The notes beneath the pieces were generated by a model. That model saw nothing but the letters and a program-made list of their open reading frames with translations, did no database searches and was not told the origin of the DNA. From contig JBAQFX010000005.1 of NCBI GenBank assembly GCA_049287485.1, forward strand, positions 1,052-65,051: 64,000 bases of DNA, given 5' to 3'. Below are positions 29,362 to 37,274 of the stretch, piece after piece. The translations under genes were made by a program, and so were the position numbers. Origin of the DNA: Anaerolineales bacterium. Its GTDB lineage: Bacteria > Chloroflexota > Anaerolineae > Anaerolineales > UBA4823. Positions within the stretch are counted from its first letter, which is position 1. Every line of letters starts with the position of its first letter.

Positions 29362-29411
29362 TTGACAATCTATTTTAGTTGTATTATCCTATACAATTAT
29401 GTATAGGATAA
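29362..29411 (+). promoter_or_regulatory. Putative abiE promoter plus a 12-bp perfect inverted repeat (candidate AbiEi operator) spanning the start codon
   Basis: TTGACA lies at 29362-29367, with TATTAT (14-nt spacing) or TATCCT (17-nt spacing) downstream. The inverted repeat is ttatcctataca (29384-29395), atta, tgtataggataa (29400-29411). The ATG is at 29399 and has no SD. Confidence 0.45.
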
Positions 29412-29935
29412 GCGAATTAATCCAACTCGATAAGAAATTAGTTCACACGAACGATCTGGCCATTCTTTGGGGCATAAAGAACAGGCAGACTTTATACCAA
29501 ACCATCACGCGCTACATCGATAAAGGCATCCTGTTTCAAGTTTATAAAGGACTGTATGCCACTGTTCCGCCTGAATCACTTAACCCGCTCGAGCTCGGCC
29601 GAGCCATCATCCATCGCTATGCCTATCTCACCACTGAAACCGTTCTTGCCCAGGCCGGGGTAATCTCACAGAGGGTTTTTGCTTACACCTTCGCCACCGA
29701 CCAGTCGAAGCACCTCTCGGTTGGCCAGTGGACTTTTCGCTTTCGCAAGCTCAAAGAAATCTACCTTTACAATACTGCCGGTATCGATGAGCAAAATGGA
29801 AGTTTTGTGGCCACGCTCGAGCGTGCTGTGGCCGACATGCTTTACTTTAACCCCAGATATCATTTTGACCTTCGCGAAGCAATCGATTTTGAAAAAGTCC
29901 ATGCATTACAAAGGGAAATCGGTTATCCATGTTAA
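29399..29935 (+). CDS. abiEi: AbiEi-family antitoxin / transcriptional regulator (type IV TA, abortive infection)
   Basis: A 178-aa ORF with an N-terminal wHTH-like region. It overlaps the downstream AbiEii-family nucleotidyltransferase gene by 7 nt, the typical abiE gene order. Confidence 0.65.
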   Translation: MYRISELIQLDKKLVHTNDLAILWGIKNRQTLYQTITRYIDKGILFQVYKGLYATVPPESLNPLELGRAIIHRYAYLTTETVLAQAGVISQRVFAYTFATDQSKHLSVGQWTFRFRKLKEIYLYNTAGIDEQNGSFVATLERAVADMLYFNPRYHFDLREAIDFEKVHALQREIGYPC

Positions 29936-30669
29936 GCCTGCGTCCTGAAGATCTCATCCACAAATCACAGCTCAATCGGCTGCTGATGGATATCGTTGAT
30001 CAGCCTTTATTGGCTCATGCTTTGGCCTTCAAAGGGGGCTCTTGCGCGGCTATGTTGGGCTACCTGGACCGTTTCTCAGTAGACCTTGACTTCGATGTTT
30101 TGTTGGAGATTGACAAATCTAAATTTCGGCAGGTATTCCATCAAGTTTTTGACCATTTGGGGCTGGATATAACCCTTGAATATAAGACTGCACTCGTTTT
30201 TCAGCTTCGTTATTTGAATACCCCGGGCAAGCGCAGCACCATAAAAATCAGCGCTAGTGATACGAAAGTCTTAGCCAACCAATACCGCGTGCAGTACTTT
30301 CCCGAGATTGACCGTCTGATTAACAGCCAGAGCATAGAAACCATGTTTGCCAATAAGCTGGTGGCTTTGACTGATCGTTATACACGTCACAAAAGCATCG
30401 CTGGACGTGACCTTTATGATATCCATCATTTTTTCGTTCAGGGTTACGCATATTTGGGTGGGGTGATCTTGGAGAGAACGGGTCTTGTTCCTCGAGAATA
30501 TTTCAGCAGATTGATTCAATTTATCCAGGAGCACTTCAATCAGACAGTCATCAATGAAGACTTGAATTCTCTCCTTCCGATGAAGCAATTCCAACAGGTC
30601 CGGAAAATCTTGATCCCAGAAACCATTGCCCTGCTTGAGCGGGAGGTTAGCAGACTGGGATCAGATTAA
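29929..30669 (+). CDS. abiEii: AbiEii/AbiGii-family nucleotidyltransferase toxin
   Basis: A 246-aa ORF with the family-typical N-terminal block FKGGSCAAMLGYLDRFSVDLDFD and downstream K..A...R....RDLYDI. Confidence 0.8.
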   Translation: MLSLRPEDLIHKSQLNRLLMDIVDQPLLAHALAFKGGSCAAMLGYLDRFSVDLDFDVLLEIDKSKFRQVFHQVFDHLGLDITLEYKTALVFQLRYLNTPGKRSTIKISASDTKVLANQYRVQYFPEIDRLINSQSIETMFANKLVALTDRYTRHKSIAGRDLYDIHHFFVQGYAYLGGVILERTGLVPREYFSRLIQFIQEHFNQTVINEDLNSLLPMKQFQQVRKILIPETIALLEREVSRLGSD

Positions 30670-30866
30670 ATTTGCGAAGCAAACAAACGCTGGCATGTGT
30701 TGGTTTAATTATTATAGTAGGGGCGCAGCAGCCTATCCGGTCTAGTTTTCTGACCGGAACGCTGCGTCCATTCTGTCTCTCTAATCTTTGCCTATGCGGT
30801 TTCGTATGGGCGGTCATAGTGCAAGCGTTTTTAGCTTGCGCGTGAACCGCCCTTCTTCTCCGTTCC

Positions 30867-31301
30867 TCATGGGTAATACCGTATTTCAGCAATCTTCCCA
30901 CCAATGCTGTTGGTGGTTATGGCAGTACTACCCAGGTGATCCTCAAAGATATAATTTGCTGCGCTGGATCCAGTACGCATCGCTATCAGGGTACTTCCGG
31001 CATAATAATACCGGTCTCTTACGTTCATCGTACTGGTCGAGCCGGTCCATTCGAAGTAGCATTGTCCGGAGGGTACCGATGGATTTCCAATATAAGTTGT
31101 AGTGACTATGCTGGATATGTCCCTGTCAAATGCGCTCATTACCCGATTACCATCACCATCATAAGTGAATGTAGCGATCGTTTTGCTCGGGCTATCTACT
31201 TGAACCAGCCGGGTCACCTGCACGGTCACCTGCACGATCTTTATGCGGTTTTCTGTGCGGTTTTCGGCATCATAACTCATGGTGTATAGATTTCTCCCCA
31301 C
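30867..31301 (-). pseudogene. Orphan RHS-repeat / RHS-associated-core fragment (no N-terminal body, no C-terminal toxin tip)
   Basis: The translation contains YDAENR, FTYDGDGNRV, YYYAGSTLIAMR and FEDHLGSTAITTNSIGGKIAEIRYYP*. This is the stretch just before the usual RHS core cleavage motif. The 144 aa have no matching flanks. Confidence 0.65.
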
Positions 31302-31710
31302 ATATCTGGTGATCTGGTTGCCATTTTATCGTAGGTGAAGCTATCGGAACCTATCGCCATCATTGCAAGACCGTGATTACCTTAATCATGGATTGCATTC
31401 AGAATAGCAAAATTATCCTCACCTGTCAATCATTTAAAGCCGAGATCATCTCCGCTTCACATTTTTTCGACAATTGCTAAATGCTAACAGCCAAAAGCTA
31501 CTCTTTTATTAGAAATCTTAAAATATTCCGAATTTTTCAAAATCCTCTTGTGGACTAGAACAATTGTGCTATAATTAGAATGCCTTCAATAAATATGGTT
31601 TTTCAAATAAAGGCATTCGTATACCGGTTGTTCTTTACCGGTAAAAGTTGTAATTACTCAACTGTTTGCTAATATACCGTCTTTCTTATAATGATAGGTG
31701 GAATGAGTTC

Positions 31711-31758
31711 AAAAAAAGGGGTTCGCAGGGGCTACGCACCCCGTGTACCCCATTTTTT
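31711..31758. terminator. Terminator-like GC hairpin flanked by A7 and T6 inside the islet coding desert
   Basis: The sequence is aaaaaaa-ggggttcgcaggggctacgcaccccgtgtacccc-a-tttttt. The terminal ggggt/acccc and inner gggg/cccc pairings form a long stem. Confidence 0.45.
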
Positions 31759-31919
31759 GATAAATTTCCCCTCCCCCGCATGTGTAATTGCTGGTTATTT
31801 AGGTAGATATATCCAGCTGGGGAGGGGTCAGGGGTGGGGGCGTGAGTAATTACATAGAGCTGCAATAACCGGCACATTAACAATCCACGTTGCCCCTCAT
31901 TGCCCTCCCCGCCAACCAT

Positions 31920-32388
31920 GAATTGAATGCATTTGAATATTTTGAGGTTCAATTCCCCTTGTTATCATGCTCCATCCGCTAATCCGCTATGCAATCCGCT
32001 GACCAGCCATTCTTCCGCGTGTTCGCTAATTTTCGTGCCCTTCGTGTTATTTTTTCCCCCGCACCTTACCAACTTCATCCCACCTCAGGCCATATTCGTT
32101 CCTCTTCGTATTTTTCGCGGAACGAATACCGCACTGGATTAATGGTTCATCAAGGAATTGAATGCATTTTATTTTTTCTGAGATTCAAATACCTTCACCA
32201 TCCTGTATACCAACACTGCCCTTATCATATTTCTTTCATGATAAGGCTCCATCCGCTAATCCGCTATGCAATCCTCTGACCTGCTTCCCTTTCGTGTATT
32301 TACAAACCTTCGTGATCTTCGTGACATTCGTATCCATTGTGTTATTTTTTCGTTTCCCCCCGCACCTTACCAACCTCATCCCTCACCT
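31920..32388. repeat. Degenerate two-unit tandem repeat (units about 235-300 bp) built from short iterated motifs
   Basis: Four blocks are shared in the same order: gaattgaatgcatt (31920 / 32155); gctccatccgctaatccgctatgcaatccNctgacc (31969 / 32246); ttcgtg clusters ending in ttatttttt (32032-32055 / 32291-32350); cccgcaccttaccaacNtcatccc (32056 / 32356). Confidence 0.6.
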
Positions 32389-32672
32389 GGAAAATAAATT
32401 GAAGGCTTTTATCAAGGGCGCTTTTTGCCCGATGTCGGGAGCGTATTTTGCGATCGATTTCGAGAAACAATTCATCTTTGTCGCCTAGCCTAACATTTCT
32501 CTCGATATTTCCACGCCTCACCCTTTATCGTTTGCTGTATTAGGAAGAAAAAGACCCCTCGCGCTTCTCAAGGGGTTTGGAGTATCCTTTGCAACAGATC
32601 ATTAACCAGGGGCTGGGGTGGGAACTTCACTCTGCTCTTCAGGGGTGGCTCCGGCCATGAGCAAGCCAAGCT

Positions 32673-32905
32673 CCGAGCGGGTGGCGGTGTTCAAGGCCGT
32701 CTCGGAGGGGGAGCGCGAGTTCCTGGCCATTGCCGTGGTCACCAGCAACGGGGGCACACCCTGTGGCGCTTGCCGGCAGGTGCTGGCGGAGTTCGGGCTG
32801 GAGACGCTTGTGGTGATTGCCGATGATCAGGGTCAGATAAAGCAGGAGGCCACCCTGGCGGAGCTGCTGCCGGGTGCTTTTGGGCCAGGGGACCTGAGGA
32901 AATAA
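32673..32905 (+). pseudogene. Right direct repeat: orphan 3' fragment of cdd (last 77 codons plus stop)
   Basis: It is about 96.6% identical to 29076-29308. Homology starts abruptly inside the CAE codons, so the fragment lacks the N-terminal 61 residues, including part of the catalytic CAE motif. Confidence 0.85.
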
Positions 32906-33211
32906 TCGTGAGAGAGCGAGGCGATTTATTTATAAATAGAGGATGAATGTGCAAAAAGACCTTTCGTGTTAATCTAAAGGGCCTTGAATATTAGCTGCAC
33001 TTGACGGTACACTTCCGTGTGTTCTTGGCTATGCACTTCGCTGGTTGAACAGATCAAGCCTTACTTTAAATATGTGGAATTTTGTGCGCGTCGAAAGAAT
33101 AATAATTATAAGTGTAGAAAAACACATTGCCAACTTTTTATGAGTGTGCTAAACTTATAAAGGCAATTGGCCATCCTATACCCAAATCTAATTAAAAAAG
33201 AGGAGAATCGT

Positions 33212-34258
33212 ATGAAGAAACTTTCATTATTACTGGCCGTTCTGATGATTGTCTCTGTGCTGCTATCGGCTTGCGGTGGTGGTGCAAGCACCAAGCTGAT
33301 GATTGGCCTGGTAACTGACACGGGTGGAGTGAACGACAAGTCCTTCAACCAGTCAGCATGGGCAGGTGTACAAAAGGCAGCTACCGAATTTGGTTGGACT
33401 GCAAACTACATCGAATCCAAGGTAGCCTCCGACTATAGCAAGAATATAGACCAGTTCGCTACCGAAAAGTATGATGTAATCGTCACAGTTGGTTTTTTGA
33501 TGGGTGATGACACTGCTGTAAAAGCCAAACAATATCCAGACATCAATTTCGCCATCATTGATAACTCATACTTCCCCACAGCTGGCTCTGTAGCTTGCGA
33601 TGATACTGTCACGGACTGCTATGCTGACGGTGGCTTAACGAATGTCACCAGCCTGATGTTCCAGGAAGACCAGGTTGGCTATCTAGCAGGTGTCTTGGCG
33701 GCTGGGATGACCGGAACTGGCACTGTATGCACTGTATCTGGTATGGAAATCCCTCCAGTTGTACGCTTCGTCGTTGGCTTCCAGTCCGGCGCCAAGTGGA
33801 TGGAACCATCAACAGAGACGCTCAACGTCTACATTCCATCCTTCACTGACCCCGCCAAGGGCAAGGAAACTGCCATCAGCATGATCGGTCAGGGTTGCGA
33901 TGTAATCTTCGGCGTGGGCGGCAATACAGGCAATGGCGGTCTGCTGGCTGCCAAAGAGCAGGGCTTGATGGCTATCGGAGTAGATGTGGATCAATACAAC
34001 ACCTATCCTGAGGTGCAGAGTGCCTTACTTTCAAGTGCAGCCAAGAACGTTGACGTTGCTGTCTATGAGTATCTAAAGACAGTCAACGCTGGCACGGTAA
34101 AGGCTGGCGTTGTAACCGCTACTCTCGCCAACGGCGGTGTAGGTCTGGCTCCCTACCATGATTGGGACAGCAAGATTCCCCAGAGTGTAAAGGACAAAAT
34201 TGACGAAGCAAAAGCAGCCTTGATCGCTGGAACCATCACTACCGGTTATACACCCTAG
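33212..34258 (+). CDS. BMP-family (PnrA/Med-like) ABC substrate-binding lipoprotein
   Basis: RBS AGGAGA, lipobox LLSAC, and the BMP blocks D.GGVNDKSFNQSAW and GVDVDQ. Confidence 0.85.
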   Translation: MKKLSLLLAVLMIVSVLLSACGGGASTKLMIGLVTDTGGVNDKSFNQSAWAGVQKAATEFGWTANYIESKVASDYSKNIDQFATEKYDVIVTVGFLMGDDTAVKAKQYPDINFAIIDNSYFPTAGSVACDDTVTDCYADGGLTNVTSLMFQEDQVGYLAGVLAAGMTGTGTVCTVSGMEIPPVVRFVVGFQSGAKWMEPSTETLNVYIPSFTDPAKGKETAISMIGQGCDVIFGVGGNTGNGGLLAAKEQGLMAIGVDVDQYNTYPEVQSALLSSAAKNVDVAVYEYLKTVNAGTVKAGVVTATLANGGVGLAPYHDWDSKIPQSVKDKIDEAKAALIAGTITTGYTP

Positions 34259-34278
34259 ACTTTAGTAAGATTGATTTA

Positions 34279-34311
34279 AGAGGGTGCTGTATCTAAGGTA
34301 CAGCACCCTCT
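34279..34311 (+). terminator. Stem-loop after the SBP gene (intra-operon attenuator or stabiliser)
   Basis: A perfect 13-bp stem (agagggtgctgta / tacagcaccctct) with no T-run. Confidence 0.5.
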
Positions 34312-34357
34312 ATAAATATAATCAAATACAGTAATAATCTTGGAATTGGAGAAAGCT

Positions 34358-35905
34358 ATGGCTTATGCCTTACAAGCCACAGACATTACCAAGCGTTTCC
34401 CCGGTGTACTTGCCAATGATCACGTCAACTTTACCTTAGAAAAAGGTGAAATTCATGCCCTGCTAGGGGAGAATGGTGCAGGGAAATCGACTTTAATGAA
34501 TATCCTTTATGGGCTATACCAGCCTGATGAAGGAGAGATACGGATCAACGGACAGCTGAAGCGCATCAATACGCCCCACGATGCGATTGCTCAAGGCATT
34601 GGCATGGTACACCAGCACTTTATGCTTGTTCCCCCGCTCACCGTGACTGAAAATATCATGCTGGGTCAAGAGTCGGTTATCAGCTCTACCAAAGCATTTG
34701 GTCAGCTAGCGAAGCTCGACCGGCGCGTGGTAGCTAAGAGTATCACAGAATTAAGCCAGAAGTATGAATTGGCGGTTGACCCCAATGCCCTGGTGCAAGA
34801 CTTGGCGGTAGGGGCGCAACAGCGTATTGAGATCATTAAGGCACTGTACCGCAACGCCGACATATTGATCCTGGACGAGCCCACTGCGGTACTGACGCCT
34901 CAAGAGGCGGATGAGCTATTCATTATCATGCGTAACCTTATTGAGCAAGAAAAGTCCATTGTTTTCATCACCCACAAATTGCGTGAAGTTTTCGAAGTTG
35001 CAGACCGCATTAGTGTAATGCGCACAGGGCAAATGGTGGGTACGGTTAAGCCAAATGAAGCCACCCGTGAGAAGTTAGCGGAAATGATGGTTGGCCGTGA
35101 AGTGATCTTACAGATCGATAAACTAAAAGCTCAACCTGGTGAAACGGTCTTGACCGTTGACGACCTGCACGTGATGGATGAGCGTAAGCACATGGCAGTG
35201 GATGGTGTAACCTTTGCTGTACAAGCCGGTGAAATCCTGGGAGTGGCCGGGGTGCAGGGTAATGGTCAAACTGAGCTTGTGGAAGCATTGACCGGTTTAC
35301 GCCGAAGTTATTCTGGCAAAATACAAATCATGGGTCAAAATGTCACGAATTTCTCACCTCGCCAGATTACCGAGACGGGTTCCGCGCATGTGCCAGAGGA
35401 TCGGCATAAGCATGGGTTGGTATTATCTTTCTCGGTACGAGACAACCTGGTGCTGTGTACTTATTATAACCCACCATTCGCCAATGGGGTGGAAATGGAC
35501 TTCCCCGTTATCGATCAGTACGCCCAGGAGCTGGTGACTACATTTGACATACGCACCCCCAGCATCGAAACACAGGTTAGCTCATTATCGGGAGGCAACC
35601 AGCAAAAAGTGATCGTGGCAAGAGAGCTGGCGCGCCCGGTAAAGCTGCTAATTGTTAACCAACCTACACGTGGATTGGATGTTGGCAGCATTGAGTTCAT
35701 TCATCACCGCATAGTGGAGGCACGTGATAAGGGTGCGGCAGTTCTGTTGGTTAGCGCAGAGCTCGATGAGATCATGAGCCTCTCTGACCGTATCGCAGTC
35801 ATGTACAAAGGTTGTATCCTAGAAACGTTGGAGGCGCGAGCTGCCACGCGAGAGCAGCTGGGTCTATTAATGGCTGGGGTTGAAAAGGAAGGTGCCTATG
35901 TCTGA
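34358..35905 (+). CDS. ABC transporter ATP-binding protein, duplicated ATPase (sugar/nucleoside type)
   Basis: It has two NBDs. The first has Walker A GENGAGKST, and signature LSGGNQQK lies in the second half. Confidence 0.9.
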   Translation: MAYALQATDITKRFPGVLANDHVNFTLEKGEIHALLGENGAGKSTLMNILYGLYQPDEGEIRINGQLKRINTPHDAIAQGIGMVHQHFMLVPPLTVTENIMLGQESVISSTKAFGQLAKLDRRVVAKSITELSQKYELAVDPNALVQDLAVGAQQRIEIIKALYRNADILILDEPTAVLTPQEADELFIIMRNLIEQEKSIVFITHKLREVFEVADRISVMRTGQMVGTVKPNEATREKLAEMMVGREVILQIDKLKAQPGETVLTVDDLHVMDERKHMAVDGVTFAVQAGEILGVAGVQGNGQTELVEALTGLRRSYSGKIQIMGQNVTNFSPRQITETGSAHVPEDRHKHGLVLSFSVRDNLVLCTYYNPPFANGVEMDFPVIDQYAQELVTTFDIRTPSIETQVSSLSGGNQQKVIVARELARPVKLLIVNQPTRGLDVGSIEFIHHRIVEARDKGAAVLLVSAELDEIMSLSDRIAVMYKGCILETLEARAATREQLGLLMAGVEKEGAYV

Positions 35906-37271
35906 AGCACCACTCATCATGCCAAAGCCCACTAGCACATGGCGTAAAAGGCTTTCACAATTCTGGGAAGCGATTCGAATTCCAACACTGGCAATCCTTG
36001 CTGCTTTCTTCCTGGGCGGTATTATTATTTGGATTACGTATGGCAGCCCGCTTACCGTCGTTGAAGCCTATTGGGGAATGATCCGCGGGGCATTTATAAA
36101 GCAGCGAGGGTTCACAGAGACATTGGTCGCAACCACACCGTATATTTTGCTCAGTCTGGGTGTGGCATTGGGTTTCAAGACTGGGTTATTCAATATAGGT
36201 ATTGAAGGGCAGTTTTATATAGGTGCCATCAGCGCCGCCTTTGTTGGTCAGGCGTTCCATAACTTGCCTGCCATCATCCACCTGCCCCTGACCTTATTAG
36301 CCGGAATAATTGGGGGAGGTATTTGGGCGGCTATACCGGGGTATCTCAAGGCGCGCACTGGAGCGCACGAGGTCATCAGTACGATGATGATGAACTATAT
36401 CGCCTTCCGGCTGCAAGAGTATATTGTGACTTTTAAACTTAAAGATCCAGGTGCAGGTCTGGTGCAAACGCCTCCTGTCTCAATGCAAGCCGAGATTTGG
36501 CTCATGAGTGAAATTCCAGTGCGATTGACAGAGCCGCTTAACGCCCTGATGGTGGCACTAGTGATTGGCTTCATCTTTCTGCTGATTGGGCGCTGGGTGA
36601 TTAGGTTACCTAGCCTGCAGAAGCGCTTCACAACCACCCTACAGCGACGCCTTATCATGTGGGGGATTGGTCTGTTTGTAACAGTAATCACCTACTTTGG
36701 ATTGCCGGCCTTGACGAATTTATGGTGGCCTTTTAAAGATCCATATGATCGCCTGCACACTGGCCTGTTCATCGCCCTGTTCGCGGCTGTCGGAGTGTGG
36801 TGGTTACTGTCGAAGACAACCATTGGCTTTGAGCTGCGTAGCGTGGGCGCAAACCTGAATGCAGCCCAGTATGCTGGCATGAGCATCACGCGCAATATCA
36901 TGATCGCCATGGCGCTCTCTGGTGCCCTGGGTGGATTGGCAGGGACAATCGAGGTGCTGGGTGTCTCCACCTGCCGCTGTGTACAGGTAGCTTTCGTCAG
37001 TGGCTATGGTTGGGACAGTATTGGTATTGCGCTGCTGGCGAAAAACAGTCCTTTTGGCATCATCGCAGCTTCATTCCTGTGGGCTGCCATGCGCAATGGT
37101 GCAGACCTGATGGAACTGAGCTCTGGGGTCTCAAAATACATTATTTCTCTGATTCAGGGGCTGGTGCTCTTGTTTATTGCCGCACCTGCTATTGTGCGTT
37201 GGGTATTCCGGATTAAGGGGGGAAAACAGGAGGTTCAAGGACCATTGACGCACGGCTGGGGAGGAGGCTAG
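35898..37271 (+). CDS. ABC transporter permease (BMP/nucleoside-type, first)
   Basis: A polytopic protein with the block NIGIEGQ typical of this permease family. The ATG at 35898 follows AAGGAAGG. Confidence 0.85.
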   Translation: MSEAPLIMPKPTSTWRKRLSQFWEAIRIPTLAILAAFFLGGIIIWITYGSPLTVVEAYWGMIRGAFIKQRGFTETLVATTPYILLSLGVALGFKTGLFNIGIEGQFYIGAISAAFVGQAFHNLPAIIHLPLTLLAGIIGGGIWAAIPGYLKARTGAHEVISTMMMNYIAFRLQEYIVTFKLKDPGAGLVQTPPVSMQAEIWLMSEIPVRLTEPLNALMVALVIGFIFLLIGRWVIRLPSLQKRFTTTLQRRLIMWGIGLFVTVITYFGLPALTNLWWPFKDPYDRLHTGLFIALFAAVGVWWLLSKTTIGFELRSVGANLNAAQYAGMSITRNIMIAMALSGALGGLAGTIEVLGVSTCRCVQVAFVSGYGWDSIGIALLAKNSPFGIIAASFLWAAMRNGADLMELSSGVSKYIISLIQGLVLLFIAAPAIVRWVFRIKGGKQEVQGPLTHGWGGG

Positions 37272-37274
37272 AGC

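Larger units (their letters stand above)
29309..32672. mobile_element. About 3.4-kb accessory islet inserted at the cdd 3' end (AbiE module, RHS fragment, repeat-rich non-coding DNA); no integrase present
   Basis: It is bracketed by the 233-bp direct repeats and is visibly more AT-rich than the glmU-cdd flank. Its content is defence- or toxin-related or non-coding. Confidence 0.5.

Noticed and set aside
31920-32388. Possible CRISPR array.
   Set aside because: The repeat units are about 235-300 bp and degenerate. There is no regularly spaced 25-40-nt direct repeat with unique spacers, and there are no cas genes in the window.
31686-32488. Four ORFs of 71-108 aa in the islet desert (31686-31952 minus, 31927-32142, 31989-32279 and 32162-32488 plus).
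   Set aside because: They overlap one another in different frames. They translate the tandem and short repeats into low-complexity strings (SANPLCNPL, FVPFVLFF, GEGNEG) and have no RBS or family resemblance.
29309-32672. Search for an integrase, recombinase or transposase, or terminal inverted repeats, that would make the islet an autonomous mobile element.
   Set aside because: None of the six-frame ORFs in or next to the islet shows tyrosine- or serine-recombinase or DDE motifs. The ends are direct repeats, not inverted ones. I therefore describe it only as an inserted islet or remnant.
32618-32905. A 95-aa ORF that could be read as a second, small cytidine deaminase gene.
   Set aside because: Only its last 77 residues are cdd-like. 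The first 18 residues are unrelated read-through from a GTG, and the N-terminal half of the enzyme and an intact CAE catalytic motif are missing. I treat it as the right-hand repeat and a pseudogene fragment.
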